Made by a program: the position numbers and the translations under genes
Shown: positions 21,207 to 31,201 of the stretch, piece after piece
Layout of the letters: each line of letters opens with the position of its first letter
Numbering within the stretch: position 1 is the stretch's first letter
Notes under the pieces: model-generated
What the model saw: only the letters and a program-made list of their open reading frames with translations
Databases searched by the model: none
What the model was told of the DNA's origin: nothing
NCBI GenBank assembly: GCA_041611735.1
Contig: JBFIML010000011.1
Coordinates: 1 to 64,000 of the forward strand
Reading direction: 5' to 3'
Length of the DNA: 64,000 nucleotides
Source: Myxococcota bacterium
Lineage (GTDB): Bacteria; Myxococcota_A; UBA9160; PR03

Positions 21207-22526
21207 ATGCGAATCGACGGACGCCTCCATCCGGATTTCCTGCCCGTGGCACGCGTGCTGCGCGACATCCTGCGTGGCTACCCCGGGGGCGCAGCCGTCT
21301 GCGTCTACCACCAGGGCGAATGCGTGGTGGACCTGTGGGGTGGCGCGCGCGATCACGAAGGCCGTCCCTGGCGTCGCGACACCATGGCGCCGAGCTTCTC
21401 CACCACCAAGGGCGTCGCCGCGACGCTCGCGCACATCATGGTCGATCGGGGGCTGCTGGCCTACGAGGACCGCGTCGCGCAGCACTGGCCGGAGTTCGCC
21501 CAGGCCGGCAAGCAGGACATCACGATCCGTCAGGTGCTCGCGCACCAGTCGGGCCTCTATCACATCCGCCGCATGATCGATCACGCCGACCGCATGCTCG
21601 ACTGGAACTACATGGTCCGGACCATCGAGAAGACCCCGCCGGCCCACCAGCCGGGCACGCGCACCGGCTACCACGGCTTGACCTTCGGCTTCCTGGTCGG
21701 CGAGATCCTGCAGCGGGTGACCGGCAGACCCTTCACGCAGCTGGTGCAGGACGAGCTGGTGCGCCCCCTCCACCTGGACGGCCTCCACGTGGGCGCGCCT
21801 CCGGAGGTGCTGCCGCGTGCCGCCGAGCTGATCTGGCCGCAACGCGGCCGGTTGCACCGCCGGCTGCTCCGGGTTCCCTTGGACGGCCGCTTGGGCCAGG
21901 CCCTCTCCGACGCGGCGGACGGGACCGGCTGGGCGCTGCGCCTGCTGGGGATCCAGCTCGACCTGGAGAGCATGCTCGACGCCCTCGCCCCGCGCGGCAT
22001 CAGCTCCTTCGACTTCGGAGCGGAGCAGACCCTGCAGGCGGCGATCCCCGCCGCCAACGGGCTCTTCACGGCGCGATCGCTGGCCCGGATGTATGCGGCG
22101 CTGGCGGGCGGCGGCGAGATCGACGGCGTACGGCTGCTCTCGCGACGCGCCCTCACCCGCGCCACCCGGCTCCAGGACGGCGGGCGCCGGCGCGTGGTGA
22201 TCCCCTTCGACATGCGCTGGCGCCTCGGGTACCACGGGGTCGCCACCACGCGCGGTGTCCTGCGCCACGCCTTCGGTCACTTCGGCTTCGGAGGCTCCGG
22301 CGGCTGGGCCGACCCGAGCCGCGAGCTGGCGGTGGCCCTGATCGTGAACAGCGGCATGGGCACGCCGTTCGGGGACCTGCGCATCGTGCGCGTGGGCGGC
22401 GCAGCCCTCGACGCGGTGCGCCACCGCCCCGGGCCGCGCCGCCGCCCGCGCCCCGCCCGTGGCAGCGCCGCCCCGGCCTGCGCGCTGCGCAGCTGGGCGC
22501 TGCGGCAGGTGGCCCGGGCGCTCTGA
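21207..22526 (+). CDS. Serine hydrolase, beta-lactamase family (EstA/LipP-like)
   Basis: FSTTK (SxxK), WPEFAQAGK, LAHQSGL, GYHGLTFG, FGHFGFGGSGGWADP. Confidence 0.92.
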   Translation: MRIDGRLHPDFLPVARVLRDILRGYPGGAAVCVYHQGECVVDLWGGARDHEGRPWRRDTMAPSFSTTKGVAATLAHIMVDRGLLAYEDRVAQHWPEFAQAGKQDITIRQVLAHQSGLYHIRRMIDHADRMLDWNYMVRTIEKTPPAHQPGTRTGYHGLTFGFLVGEILQRVTGRPFTQLVQDELVRPLHLDGLHVGAPPEVLPRAAELIWPQRGRLHRRLLRVPLDGRLGQALSDAADGTGWALRLLGIQLDLESMLDALAPRGISSFDFGAEQTLQAAIPAANGLFTARSLARMYAALAGGGEIDGVRLLSRRALTRATRLQDGGRRRVVIPFDMRWRLGYHGVATTRGVLRHAFGHFGFGGSGGWADPSRELAVALIVNSGMGTPFGDLRIVRVGGAALDAVRHRPGPRRRPRPARGSAAPACALRSWALRQVARAL

Positions 22527-22532
22527 CTGGCC

Positions 22533-23243
22533 TCAGGAGGCGGTCCGCTCCGGATCGTCCACTTTCCCGTACAGGTGACGCACGCTGGGAGAGGGGGCCA
22601 CCCGGTCCGCATCCGCGGCGGTGCCCAGCAGCCAATCCGCCTCCAAACGCGACACCCCGAACCAGTGGTGCTCGTTCTTGAAGTGGTGGAGGCGGTGGTT
22701 GCGCCACAGGCGCCGGTAGAAGCGCGTGCGTGGCTGCACCCGGGTGTGGATCAGGAAGTGGACCGACTCGTAGTGCAGCGCCAGGGCCAGGTGGGCGGCG
22801 ATGCCCGTCCAGGCCAGGCGCGGGTTCGGGGTGACCAGGTACCAGAGGGCCACCAGGAGGGGCAGGCTGTAGAGGTAGGACTGGAGCGGGATGAAGAGGA
22901 TCTCGTAGTTCCAGGGGTCGCGGTGGTGGGCCCGGTGCTTGCGAGGCACCCGGAAGTCGATGGTGCGACCGCGGAAGGTGCGCGGTCGAAAGTGCAGCAC
23001 GTAGACGTGGATCAGCCACTCCTGGAGGGGCCACAGGACGACCACCGCCGCGACGGGCGCCAGGTCCCAGGCGGACCAGCCGCCGAGCGCCGCGCGCACC
23101 GCGATCGCCCCGGCCAGGGCCGCAGCGAGCACGAGCGGGCTCGCGTGACGCCAGAAGATCGGAAGCGCCTCGCGCAGCGTGCGCGGGCTGCCTGCCGGAA
23201 TGGCGCTGCGGGCCGGCTCCGGGACGTAGGCCGTTTCGCTCAT
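22533..23243 (-). CDS. Sterol desaturase / fatty acid hydroxylase family protein
   Basis: His boxes EWLIH...H, HRAHH, HFLIH, HRLHH. Confidence 0.88.
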   Translation of the reverse strand: MSETAYVPEPARSAIPAGSPRTLREALPIFWRHASPLVLAAALAGAIAVRAALGGWSAWDLAPVAAVVVLWPLQEWLIHVYVLHFRPRTFRGRTIDFRVPRKHRAHHRDPWNYEILFIPLQSYLYSLPLLVALWYLVTPNPRLAWTGIAAHLALALHYESVHFLIHTRVQPRTRFYRRLWRNHRLHHFKNEHHWFGVSRLEADWLLGTAADADRVAPSPSVRHLYGKVDDPERTAS

Positions 23244-23276
23244 GAGCCTCGAGGATACCTCGGGGCCGGGGTGGCT

Positions 23277-25847
23277 TCACCGCGTGCCGGCGCGAGGCAT
23301 GAAGCGCACGCGCACGTCCTGGGGGGAGGGGGGCGGCGTGAGCGGCCGACCCCGGCCCCGGCGCCAGTCGTCCAGCAGGTTTCCGTAGGCCGGGGAGCCG
23401 GGCCAACCGCTCTCGCCGCCGGCCAGGCAATAGGTGGCCGCCCAGGGGTCGCCGAGATCCACCGTGAGGCGGACCACGGGACCCACGATCGGCTGCATGG
23501 CCTCCCGGTCCGAGCGCAGGAACTGCTGCTTGAAGACCGTCTCCGTGTCCCCGGGCGCGGGCGCCGCTTCGCTGTTCAGCAGCGCACCGAGCCCCCCACC
23601 CTGGGACGCGAAGGGATGCTTCAGCGCGAAGGGGCGCACCCGTCCCCAGCGCCAGCTCTCGAGGTTCGATCCGAAGCGGGCGCGGCCGGCCGCCACGGCG
23701 TCGGCCAGGGCCGCCTCGAGCAGGGTCTGGCGCGTCTCCCGTGCGAGCGTGCGGGCGTCGTCCCAGACCACCGCCTCCTCCGGACGCGACCACAGCCAGG
23801 CCACGTTCGCCTCGAACTGGAGCAGCGACTGGACCCAGCGCCACAGCTCGCTGCCGGCGCCCCCCGGCAGCTCGTCCGCCAGTGCGCGGTCGAGGATCGC
23901 GTGGGTCCAGAGCACGTAGAGGGTCGCCGCCACCGAGTCGGGCTCCATGCGCCCGTCCCATGCACACAGCCGCGCCCGCGCTCCGGCCAGGGGATCGGAC
24001 GCTGCGTCTCCGGTCCGGCACAGGAGCTCCGCCAGCTCCGCGCGCAGGCCGGGCCACTGGGGATAGCGGGCGTCCAGCTGGATCGCGGCGGAGGCCTCGG
24101 CGGTGAGCCCGCCCCGGGCGATCTCCGCTTCGAGTCGCTCGGCGATGCGCAGGAACCGCAGGGGCGCCGAGGCGTCGTTGTTGTAGGGGATGGGAAAGCG
24201 CTGCGCGGGAACCACCGGCCCGTTGGCGCTGGCCAGCCAGCCCCGGGCCGGATTCGTGGAGGACGGCAGCTCGGACTTCGGGAGGAAGCCGTGCCATGCG
24301 AAGCGGCGGCTCCAGCCCGGCGCCGGGAAGGTGCCGCGCCAGCCGCTGCGGATCGGCACGAGGCACGGGCTGCGGAACGCGATGCTCCCCTCGGCGTCGG
24401 CGAACACCCAGCTCGCGCAGCCGAGATCCAGCAGATCGAGCGCCGCCTCGAACTCGGCCGCCGTGCGGGCCCGGGTCATGAGCCGGGCGGCGTCGAGATC
24501 GGCGCCCCTACCGAGCGGTGCGCCGTGCAGGGCCGTGAGCGGGATGCGGCGCGCGGCGAAGGGCTCGAGATCGTTCACCAGCGGGCCGTCGCGGGTGAAG
24601 CGCACGGTCATGCGCACGGGATCGCCGCCCCGCACCGCGAAGACCTCGGTCCGCATCTCGAAGGGCACGAAGGTCTCGTCCAGCTCGTAGCCCTGGATCG
24701 GCACTCCGTCCGGCTCGATCCGGCGTCCGCGCAGCACGAGCAGGTCCTGGCGGTCCACGTGGTTGGTGGTGGCGCCCCAAGCCACGTGCCCGTTGTGCCC
24801 GAAGACGATGCGGTGCAGCCCCGGGAAGGTGAAGCCCGCCACGCGCGCCTCGCCCACGGAGAGCTCGACGCCCCACACCAGGGGCGGGTTGGCGTGGGGC
24901 AGGTGGGGGTCGCTGGAGAGGATCGGCCGCCCCGAGGCCGTGTGGGCTCCGGACACGGCCCAGTTGTTGCTGGCGCTCCAGCCCGAGCCGAGGGCGTCGG
25001 CCAGGGCGACCAGGCCGGGCGGCGCCCGGCCCCGCAGCGGGGCCGACGCCGCGTCCAAGGGGTCGAAGCCGTCGGCACGGCCCTCCGCGCAGCGCGCGGG
25101 CAGCTCCGCGGCCAGCTCCGGAAGCACGGCCGGCGGCGACGGGTACCACTGCGCGCGCAGGTCCGCGTCGGGCAGAGCGTGGCTCGCGAACTCGAAGTCC
25201 GTGGGCCAGATGCGCTCCAGGGCCTCGAGCCCCGCCGCGCAGGCGATGGCCAGGCGGCGGATCTCCCGGTCCGCGTTGCTCGCGAGCCCGTACTGGAGCA
25301 GCTGGTAGATGGACAGGGAGTCGAACACCGTCCAGGCGCGTACGCTGGCCACGCCGAGCAGCCGATGCTCGAGCGGGAGGTGCTGCTCGTCGATCCAGCG
25401 GTTCACGCCCTGCACGAAGGCGTCGAGGGCGGCTCGCTCCTCCTTGGACGTGCGCTCGTAGAGCAGGACGGCCTTCTCCCGGAAGCCGAGGAAGCGGTTC
25501 AGGCGATCCACGTCGAGGGTGGTGCGGTCGCCGAAGGCGCGATTGCCGATCCACGCGGCCAGCTCGCCCCGGGCCAGGTGCCGGAAGAGATCCATCTGGG
25601 CCAGCCGGTCGCGCGCCTGCAGATAGCCCTGCGCCAGCAGCGCGTCGGTCTCGTGGGATGCGGCGATGCGCCACAGGCCGTCGGGCCGCTGCGCCACCTC
25701 CACCGGAGCCCGCAGCCCGTCCAGCACCCGCACCGCGCCGTCCTGGAAGCTGGGCGCGTCGGGTCGCACCGCGTAGCGCGCGAGCCGCACGGCGGCACAG
25801 CCGGTCGCGAGCGCGAGGAGGGCGAGGAGCGCGAGCACGCGCGGCAT
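23277..25847 (-). CDS. Penicillin acylase family (Ntn hydrolase) lipoprotein
   Basis: Lipobox LATGC, QGYLQARDRLAQMD, SNNWAVSG nucleophile, DPHL, GHNGHVAWG. Confidence 0.92.
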   Translation of the reverse strand: MPRVLALLALLALATGCAAVRLARYAVRPDAPSFQDGAVRVLDGLRAPVEVAQRPDGLWRIAASHETDALLAQGYLQARDRLAQMDLFRHLARGELAAWIGNRAFGDRTTLDVDRLNRFLGFREKAVLLYERTSKEERAALDAFVQGVNRWIDEQHLPLEHRLLGVASVRAWTVFDSLSIYQLLQYGLASNADREIRRLAIACAAGLEALERIWPTDFEFASHALPDADLRAQWYPSPPAVLPELAAELPARCAEGRADGFDPLDAASAPLRGRAPPGLVALADALGSGWSASNNWAVSGAHTASGRPILSSDPHLPHANPPLVWGVELSVGEARVAGFTFPGLHRIVFGHNGHVAWGATTNHVDRQDLLVLRGRRIEPDGVPIQGYELDETFVPFEMRTEVFAVRGGDPVRMTVRFTRDGPLVNDLEPFAARRIPLTALHGAPLGRGADLDAARLMTRARTAAEFEAALDLLDLGCASWVFADAEGSIAFRSPCLVPIRSGWRGTFPAPGWSRRFAWHGFLPKSELPSSTNPARGWLASANGPVVPAQRFPIPYNNDASAPLRFLRIAERLEAEIARGGLTAEASAAIQLDARYPQWPGLRAELAELLCRTGDAASDPLAGARARLCAWDGRMEPDSVAATLYVLWTHAILDRALADELPGGAGSELWRWVQSLLQFEANVAWLWSRPEEAVVWDDARTLARETRQTLLEAALADAVAAGRARFGSNLESWRWGRVRPFALKHPFASQGGGLGALLNSEAAPAPGDTETVFKQQFLRSDREAMQPIVGPVVRLTVDLGDPWAATYCLAGGESGWPGSPAYGNLLDDWRRGRGRPLTPPPSPQDVRVRFMPRAGTR

Positions 25848-25943
25848 CGAGCCTGGGCCCCCGGCGGCGAACGTCCAGCTCCGCATGTACCACGGCCGTC
25901 GCGGGTCGTCACCCGGGGTGCGGCGTCGGGAAGGGCGGGGGGC

Positions 25944-26435
25944 TCAGGCCGGGCCCGGCTCCTTCGGCCCCTCCTCCAGGATCGCGGCGAGCTCGTTCAG
26001 GTCTTCGGCCACGTCCCCGAAGGCGTCCTGCTTGCGCAGGTGGATGCGGGAGCCATAGTCGCCGTTCTTGAGCGCCTCGATGTGGCGCCGGATCGGAATC
26101 TCGGGACCGATCATGCGGTGGGCCCAGGCCACACACAGCACCAGCACGACCACGGAGTAGCCGAACGCCAGGGCGGCGAGGGTCACGCCGAAGTCGCGCG
26201 TCTGGGCCGCGATCACGTGCCGGTAGAACTCGGGCTGCAGGGTCTCCTGGATGGCCACTTCGAAGACGCGCCCGAAGGTGAGGTAGCTGTGGAACGCCAG
26301 GGTGGACACGAAGGCGAGGGTGAGCAGCAGCATGTAGAGGGGCAGCTTGAGCTGGAGCGAAGGCCGCAGCAGCAGGTTCCAGGGCTTGCGCCGCGGATTC
26401 AGGGTGAAGAAGCCGGTGCCGGGTGCGCGCGCCAC
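25944..26435 (-). CDS. Small two-TM protein with C-terminal HAMP-like domain
   Basis: GAGGAG RBS and GTG start; two TM segments, then HRMIGP...GDYGSRIHLRKQD...LNELA. Confidence 0.75.
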   Translation of the reverse strand: MARAPGTGFFTLNPRRKPWNLLLRPSLQLKLPLYMLLLTLAFVSTLAFHSYLTFGRVFEVAIQETLQPEFYRHVIAAQTRDFGVTLAALAFGYSVVVLVLCVAWAHRMIGPEIPIRRHIEALKNGDYGSRIHLRKQDAFGDVAEDLNELAAILEEGPKEPGPA

Positions 26436-26633
26436 GCGGGAATCTCCTCGCGCCCTGTTTCGGCCGGTTCTGCCTGGGACTGAAGCCGGGCGGAGTATCC
26501 CCTCGGGGGAAAAGGCCGCTTCCCGCCGCTCGGCCCGAGCCGCGAGCGCGCGCTCCGGCAGCGAGGCCCGACCCCCTGGCGCCGGCCCGGTGCGCCCCCA
26601 AGGTCCCGCGCAGGAGGGCCGATACGTGCCGGC

Positions 26634-26864
26634 ATGGGCATCTCGCTCGCGCGGCTCGGCCGCACCTTCCTGGCCCTGACCACCGGGATGGTGGTCCTGA
26701 CCGTGCTCCACCTCTGGGAGGTGGTGGCGCTCTCTCCCGAAACCTTCGCACGCGTGGTGATCACCTACCTGCTGGTCTCGGCCCTGCTCGGCGTCACCGC
26801 CGGGGTCGCGCGGCTTCGCGACGAAGGGCCGAAGAATCGCGACGGCGACGGACTCGTCGACTAG
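26634..26864 (+). CDS. Small two-TM hypothetical protein
   Basis: 76-aa ORF with two hydrophobic helices, adjacent to the next gene. Confidence 0.6.
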   Translation: MGISLARLGRTFLALTTGMVVLTVLHLWEVVALSPETFARVVITYLLVSALLGVTAGVARLRDEGPKNRDGDGLVD

Positions 26865-26873
26865 GAGCTCCAG

Positions 26874-27158
26874 ATGTTCGAGTATCAGGTGATCATCTAT
26901 ACGGAGAGCGCTGTCACCGCTCTGCTTCCCGGCGGAGGTCGCGTGGATCCCGAGCGCTTCGCGGCGTTCATCAACGGCCACGCGCGCCGGGGCTGGAAGG
27001 TGGTGACCATGGAGCGGGAGAAGCGCCGCACGCTGCTCTTCTGGTCGCGCGAGGCCTTCCTGGTCGTGATGGAGCGGCCCCTGCAGCGGGCCGCAGGCGC
27101 CCTCTCGGAGGCGGACCGGAACGATGGCGTGCGCGCCCTGGCCGCGCGCAGCTACTAG
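26874..27158 (+). CDS. DUF4177-like small protein
   Basis: MFEYQV...F..FIN.HA..GWKVVTME; AGGAG RBS. Confidence 0.75.
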   Translation: MFEYQVIIYTESAVTALLPGGGRVDPERFAAFINGHARRGWKVVTMEREKRRTLLFWSREAFLVVMERPLQRAAGALSEADRNDGVRALAARSY

Positions 27159-28399
27159 CCGCGCTTCGGCTCCCGACCGAACAGCACCCCGGCCACCCGG
27201 CGCAGCTGGATCTCGTCCGATCCCTCGGTGATCCGGTAGCGTCGGTGGTGCCGGTAGATGTGCTCGAAGGGCAGGTGGCGCGTGTAGCCGATGCCGCCGT
27301 GCACCTGGATGGCACGGTCCGCCGCGTCGCATGCCAGGCGATTCGCCCGGTAGTTGCACATGGAGACCCGGTCGCTCACGGCCAGGGCCTCGGCCTGGTC
27401 GAGCTGCCAGGCGGTCTTGTGCACCAGGGTCCGTACCAGCTCGCACTCCGTGTGGAGCTCGGCCAGGGGGAACTGGATGGCCTGATTCAGCCAGAGCGGC
27501 TGCCCGAAGACGAGGCGCTCCCGGGCGTAGCGGACGCTCGCCGCGATGCAGTAGCGGGCCACCCCCACCCCCGAGGCGGCCTGGCGGATGCGGTTCTCGT
27601 GCACGAAGTGCTGGGCCACCTGGAGGCCGCCGCCCTCCTCGCCGAGGATCGCGTCGGGGCCGACGCGCACGTTCTCGAGCGTCACCTCGGCGTGATCCGT
27701 GGGCATGTTGAAGGTCCACCACAGGAAGTCCACCCGGAAGCCCGGGGTGTCGGTGGGGACGATGAAGGCGGTGATGCCGCGGGCCTCGCCCGGCCGCCCC
27801 GAGCTGCGCGCGAAGACCAGGTCGTAGTTGGCGCTGTGGAGCCCCGAGTTGAAGCGCTTGCGGCCGCTCAGCAACCACGCGCCGTCCTGCCGCACCGCCG
27901 TGGTCTCCAGCCAGGTGGCGTCGCTCCCGTGGCCGGGCTCCGTCAGGCCGAAGCCCATGCGATGGGTGCCGGTCACGAGACCGGGCAGGAACTCCCGCTT
28001 CTGGGCCTCGCTCCCGAAGGTCCACAGCATGTGCACCAGCGGGAAGTTGCCCACGATGGAGGACTCGTTCTGGAGCTCGTTGTGGAGCCCCAGGCCCCGG
28101 GCGGCCAGGTGCTCGCGCACCACCGCCATGGCCAGGTTGGAGGCCTCCTGGCCCCCGAGCGCCCGCGGCAGCGCATAGCGCAGGTGCCCCGCCGCGTCCG
28201 CCCGCCGGCGCATCTCCGCGAGCAGCGCCTCCCACTCCGGGCGCGGCCGGCCGCCGTTCTCCCAGTCCGTGCGGGCAGGCTCGCGCCGCTGGTCGAAGAA
28301 CTGGGGATGATCCCGCTCCAGGGGCACGATCTCGCGCTCGATGAAGGCGTCGAGCTCTGCGAGCTTGCGCTGGATCGCCTCGGGGATCGCGAAGTCCAT
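27155..28399 (-). CDS. Acyl-CoA dehydrogenase (LvaC/ACAD10-11-like)
   Basis: MDFAIP start with GAGGAGG RBS; FGLTEPGHGSDA, AIQVHGGIG, YRITEGSDEIQ. Confidence 0.92.
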   Translation of the reverse strand: MDFAIPEAIQRKLAELDAFIEREIVPLERDHPQFFDQRREPARTDWENGGRPRPEWEALLAEMRRRADAAGHLRYALPRALGGQEASNLAMAVVREHLAARGLGLHNELQNESSIVGNFPLVHMLWTFGSEAQKREFLPGLVTGTHRMGFGLTEPGHGSDATWLETTAVRQDGAWLLSGRKRFNSGLHSANYDLVFARSSGRPGEARGITAFIVPTDTPGFRVDFLWWTFNMPTDHAEVTLENVRVGPDAILGEEGGGLQVAQHFVHENRIRQAASGVGVARYCIAASVRYARERLVFGQPLWLNQAIQFPLAELHTECELVRTLVHKTAWQLDQAEALAVSDRVSMCNYRANRLACDAADRAIQVHGGIGYTRHLPFEHIYRHHRRYRITEGSDEIQLRRVAGVLFGREPKRG

Positions 28400-28419
28400 G
28401 GGGTCCTCCTCGGCGCGGA

Positions 28420-29430
28420 TCAGCGCTCCGGGTAGGCGCGGCGCAGGAGCGCGAGGACGTCCCACTCGAGCTCGGCCACGCGCCGGCCGCTGGCGGCCAT
28501 GACGATGGACGGCACGCTCCCGTCCAGGAAGGCCGCGGCCTGGGCTGCCAGGCCGACCCCCCAGCGCAGGTGGCCGTACAGCTTCCACCAGTGGAAGCTC
28601 TCCGGCGCCCACTTGCCGCCGGTCGCCTCGTAGCCGGCGCGCAGGGTCCGGCGCGAAGCGAAGCCGCCCACCTCGAGGGCATCGTTCCCGAAGCGCCACA
28701 TGCGCACGCACAGCCAGGCCAGGTCCTCCATGGGATCGCCCACGTGAGCCACCTCCCAGTCGAGGGCCGCGCGCAGACCCTCGGGACCGACCACCAGGTT
28801 TCCGTTGCGGAAGTCGCCGTGCAGGAGGCTCGGGTGCGCGGGGGCGGGCGGCGGGTTGCGGGCCAGCCAGCGGAACGCGAGGGCGAAGGCGGGCGAGGGC
28901 TCGAGCAGGCGCGCGAACTCGGGCTCCAGGCGCAGCAGGGCGTGCTCGGCGGGCGGGCACGACCCCGGCCGGTCGAGGGCCAGGGGAGCGCGGCCCGCGT
29001 CGGCGGCGTGCAGGCGGGCCAGCGCCTCGCCGCACTGGCGGGCGAGCAGCGCGCCGAGGTCCGGCTGCGCCTGGACCCGGCGCAGCACGTGGCGCGGGAT
29101 GGTGTCCCCCTCGATGCGCGCCGTCACGAAGAACGGGCCGCCCGCGAAGCCGGCGTCCTCGCACACCGCGTGCACGGCGGGCACCGGGACGCCCGCCGTC
29201 GCTGCCAGCCGGAGCGTCTCGGCCTCCGCCGCGACGGGTATCACCTGGACCGCCTGGCTGGGGACGACCGTGGCCACCAGGGGAAGCGACCCGCTGCCCC
29301 GCAGCGCGTCGAAGATCAGGTTGTGTCGCCGCGCCCCGGCCGAGGCCACGCGCAGGCCCTGCACGCGTACCGCCTCGCCCCACGCGTCGGACAGGAAGGC
29401 GGCGAGTCCCGTGGCCACCGCTTCGATCAA
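28420..29430 (-). CDS. APH-family phosphotransferase (LvaA-like)
   Basis: HGDFRNGN, LDWE, GDPMEDLAW, WRFG; TTG start overlapping the upstream stop. Confidence 0.9.
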   Translation of the reverse strand: MIEAVATGLAAFLSDAWGEAVRVQGLRVASAGARRHNLIFDALRGSGSLPLVATVVPSQAVQVIPVAAEAETLRLAATAGVPVPAVHAVCEDAGFAGGPFFVTARIEGDTIPRHVLRRVQAQPDLGALLARQCGEALARLHAADAGRAPLALDRPGSCPPAEHALLRLEPEFARLLEPSPAFALAFRWLARNPPPAPAHPSLLHGDFRNGNLVVGPEGLRAALDWEVAHVGDPMEDLAWLCVRMWRFGNDALEVGGFASRRTLRAGYEATGGKWAPESFHWWKLYGHLRWGVGLAAQAAAFLDGSVPSIVMAASGRRVAELEWDVLALLRRAYPER

Positions 29431-29813
29431 TCGTCGAGCTCCGTGCGGAAGTCCCAGGCGTCGTAGCCGGGCTTCGCGACGGCCAGCTTGCCGCGCGCGA
29501 TCTCGACGAGCGCGGGCCAGGCTCGCCGCTCGAGCTCCGGGTCGGCGTCGGCTTGCAGGCGGTCGGCGAGCTCGTGGGCCAGGGCCGCGGCGTCGCGGCC
29601 GTCGGGCGCGACGCGCAGCACCTCCCGCAGGCGCTGGGCCGCCCCCAGCTCGAGCTCCGCGCCCAGGGCGAGCTCCCGCTCCACGACGCGGCACAGGTGG
29701 GCCGCCACGCGCACGAGGTGGCGGAGCGGCGCGTCGGTGGCCGCGAGCACGTCGTTCTCCAGCAGCCGGGCCACGGCGGCGACGAGCTCCGCGGCGCGGG
29801 GGCGGTCCTGCAC
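29427..29813 (-). CDS. DUF6285/LvaB-like small helical protein
   Basis: VQDRPRAAELVAAV, RVAAHL...VEREL, KLAVAKPGY. Confidence 0.75.
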   Translation of the reverse strand: MQDRPRAAELVAAVARLLENDVLAATDAPLRHLVRVAAHLCRVVERELALGAELELGAAQRLREVLRVAPDGRDAAALAHELADRLQADADPELERRAWPALVEIARGKLAVAKPGYDAWDFRTELDD

Positions 29814-30041
29814 GGGGACAGAGTGGCATAGGGCAACTGGCGCCGCTCCGGCTCGCGAAGGCTGGCGGGACCGGCGGTGCGGGGCGCACTCCCGGCGACG
29901 GACGCGTTTCGCGACCCCCTTGCGCTGTGCCCCACTACCTGCCCCGGCGGCGGGCGGTTTCGCCGCCGCCCGCAGCTCGGCGTGAAGCGACGCCGGGAAT
30001 GGACCGCGTTTCGGGGCCGCCGCGGGGGTAGACTGGGACCC

Positions 30042-31088
30042 ATGTCGGACGCTCGCGCCGAAGCGGGCGATCTCGCCGCACGCCTCGCGGCCTGGGCCCG
30101 CGATCGGCTGGCGCACGCCCGCCACGTGCGCGTCCTGCACCTCGAGCGCATCCACGGCGGCGCCTCCCGGGAGACGTACCGCTTCGTGCTCGCCTGGGAG
30201 GCGGACGGGCGTCGCCGCGAGCGGGCCCTGGTCCTGCGCCGCGATGCCCCCGCCAGCCTGATCGAGACCGAACGCCGGGTGGAGTTCGCCGCCTACCGGG
30301 CCTTCCACGGCACGCCGGTTCCGGTGCCCGAGCCGCTCGGGCTCGAGGAGGACCCAGCGGCCCTCGGGGCGCCCTTCTTCGTGATGGACGCCCTGGAGGG
30401 GGAAGCGTCGCCGAAGCGCCTGTTTGCGCCCCCATACCTCGAGCAGCGCGAGAAGATCGGCCGGCGCAAGTGGGCGATCCTGGGCGAGATCGCCCGGGCC
30501 GATCCCAAGGCCCTGGGCCTGACGGACGTGCTGCCCGAGGTGGCCCCCGACGCCGCCTGGCGGCGCGAGCTCGACCGCTGGGAGCGCATGCTCGACGCCG
30601 ACGCCCTGGAGCCCCAGCCGATCGCGCGCGCGGCGATCCGCTGGCTGCGGCGCGCTCCCCCGCCGCCCGCCCAGCGCGTGGCCGTGGTGCACGCCGACTA
30701 CCGGACCGGGAACTTCCTGGTGGACGCCTCCGGTGCGATCCGCGGCATCCTCGACTGGGAGATGGTGCACCTGGGCGACCCGCTGGAGGATTTGGCCTGG
30801 AGCCTGAACCGGGTCTGGTGCTGGACCCGCGACGAGCGGGTGGGCGGGCTCCTGCCCAGGCCCGAGGCGATCCGGGTCTGGGAGGCGGCCAGCGGGCTGC
30901 GCGCCGACCCCGTCGCCCTGCGCTGGTGGGAGGTCTTCTCGTGCGTGAAGGGCCAGGCCATCTGGGTGTCGGCGGCGCGCGAGTTCCAGGAGGGCCGCAA
31001 TCGCGATCCCGTGATGGCCTTCTCCTGCTGGATGCAGGGCAACAGCCAGGACCGGGCCACCCTGGCGCTGCTGGGGCACCTGCCGTGA
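30042..31088 (+). CDS. APH-family phosphotransferase (second LvaA-like kinase)
   Basis: GGASRET, LVLRRD, HADYRTGN, LDWEM, GDPLEDLAW. Confidence 0.9.
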   Translation: MSDARAEAGDLAARLAAWARDRLAHARHVRVLHLERIHGGASRETYRFVLAWEADGRRRERALVLRRDAPASLIETERRVEFAAYRAFHGTPVPVPEPLGLEEDPAALGAPFFVMDALEGEASPKRLFAPPYLEQREKIGRRKWAILGEIARADPKALGLTDVLPEVAPDAAWRRELDRWERMLDADALEPQPIARAAIRWLRRAPPPPAQRVAVVHADYRTGNFLVDASGAIRGILDWEMVHLGDPLEDLAWSLNRVWCWTRDERVGGLLPRPEAIRVWEAASGLRADPVALRWWEVFSCVKGQAIWVSAAREFQEGRNRDPVMAFSCWMQGNSQDRATLALLGHLP

Positions 31089-31175
31089 AGCCCGACCCGG
31101 CGCCTGGAGGCGGCCATCTGGCGCGAGCTGCGCGCCTCCACGGAGCGCCGCCGCCTGTCGATCCAACCCTACTGA
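31085..31175 (+). pseudogene. Internally deleted remnant of a small kinase-partner gene
   Basis: GTGA-coupled start VKPDP joined out of frame to RLEAAIWRELRASTERRRLSIQPY-stop. Confidence 0.45.
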
Positions 31176-31201
31176 GCGCCCCCGCGCGCAGGAGCACCCC
31201 C

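Noticed and set aside
11863-25847. MBL hydrolase plus penicillin acylase as a quorum-quenching or antibiotic-resistance system
   Set aside because: The genes are unlinked and both families are broad; substrate cannot be inferred from motifs
29830-30040. GC-rich hairpins in the divergent intergenic region as a riboswitch or ncRNA
   Set aside because: No recognisable conserved motif; such stems are expected by chance at this GC content; an Rfam scan would be needed
28420-31088. APH-family kinases as aminoglycoside resistance genes
   Set aside because: Context with an acyl-CoA dehydrogenase and DUF6285-like gene, plus the GDPxEDLAW motif, indicates the metabolic ACAD10/LvaA-like group
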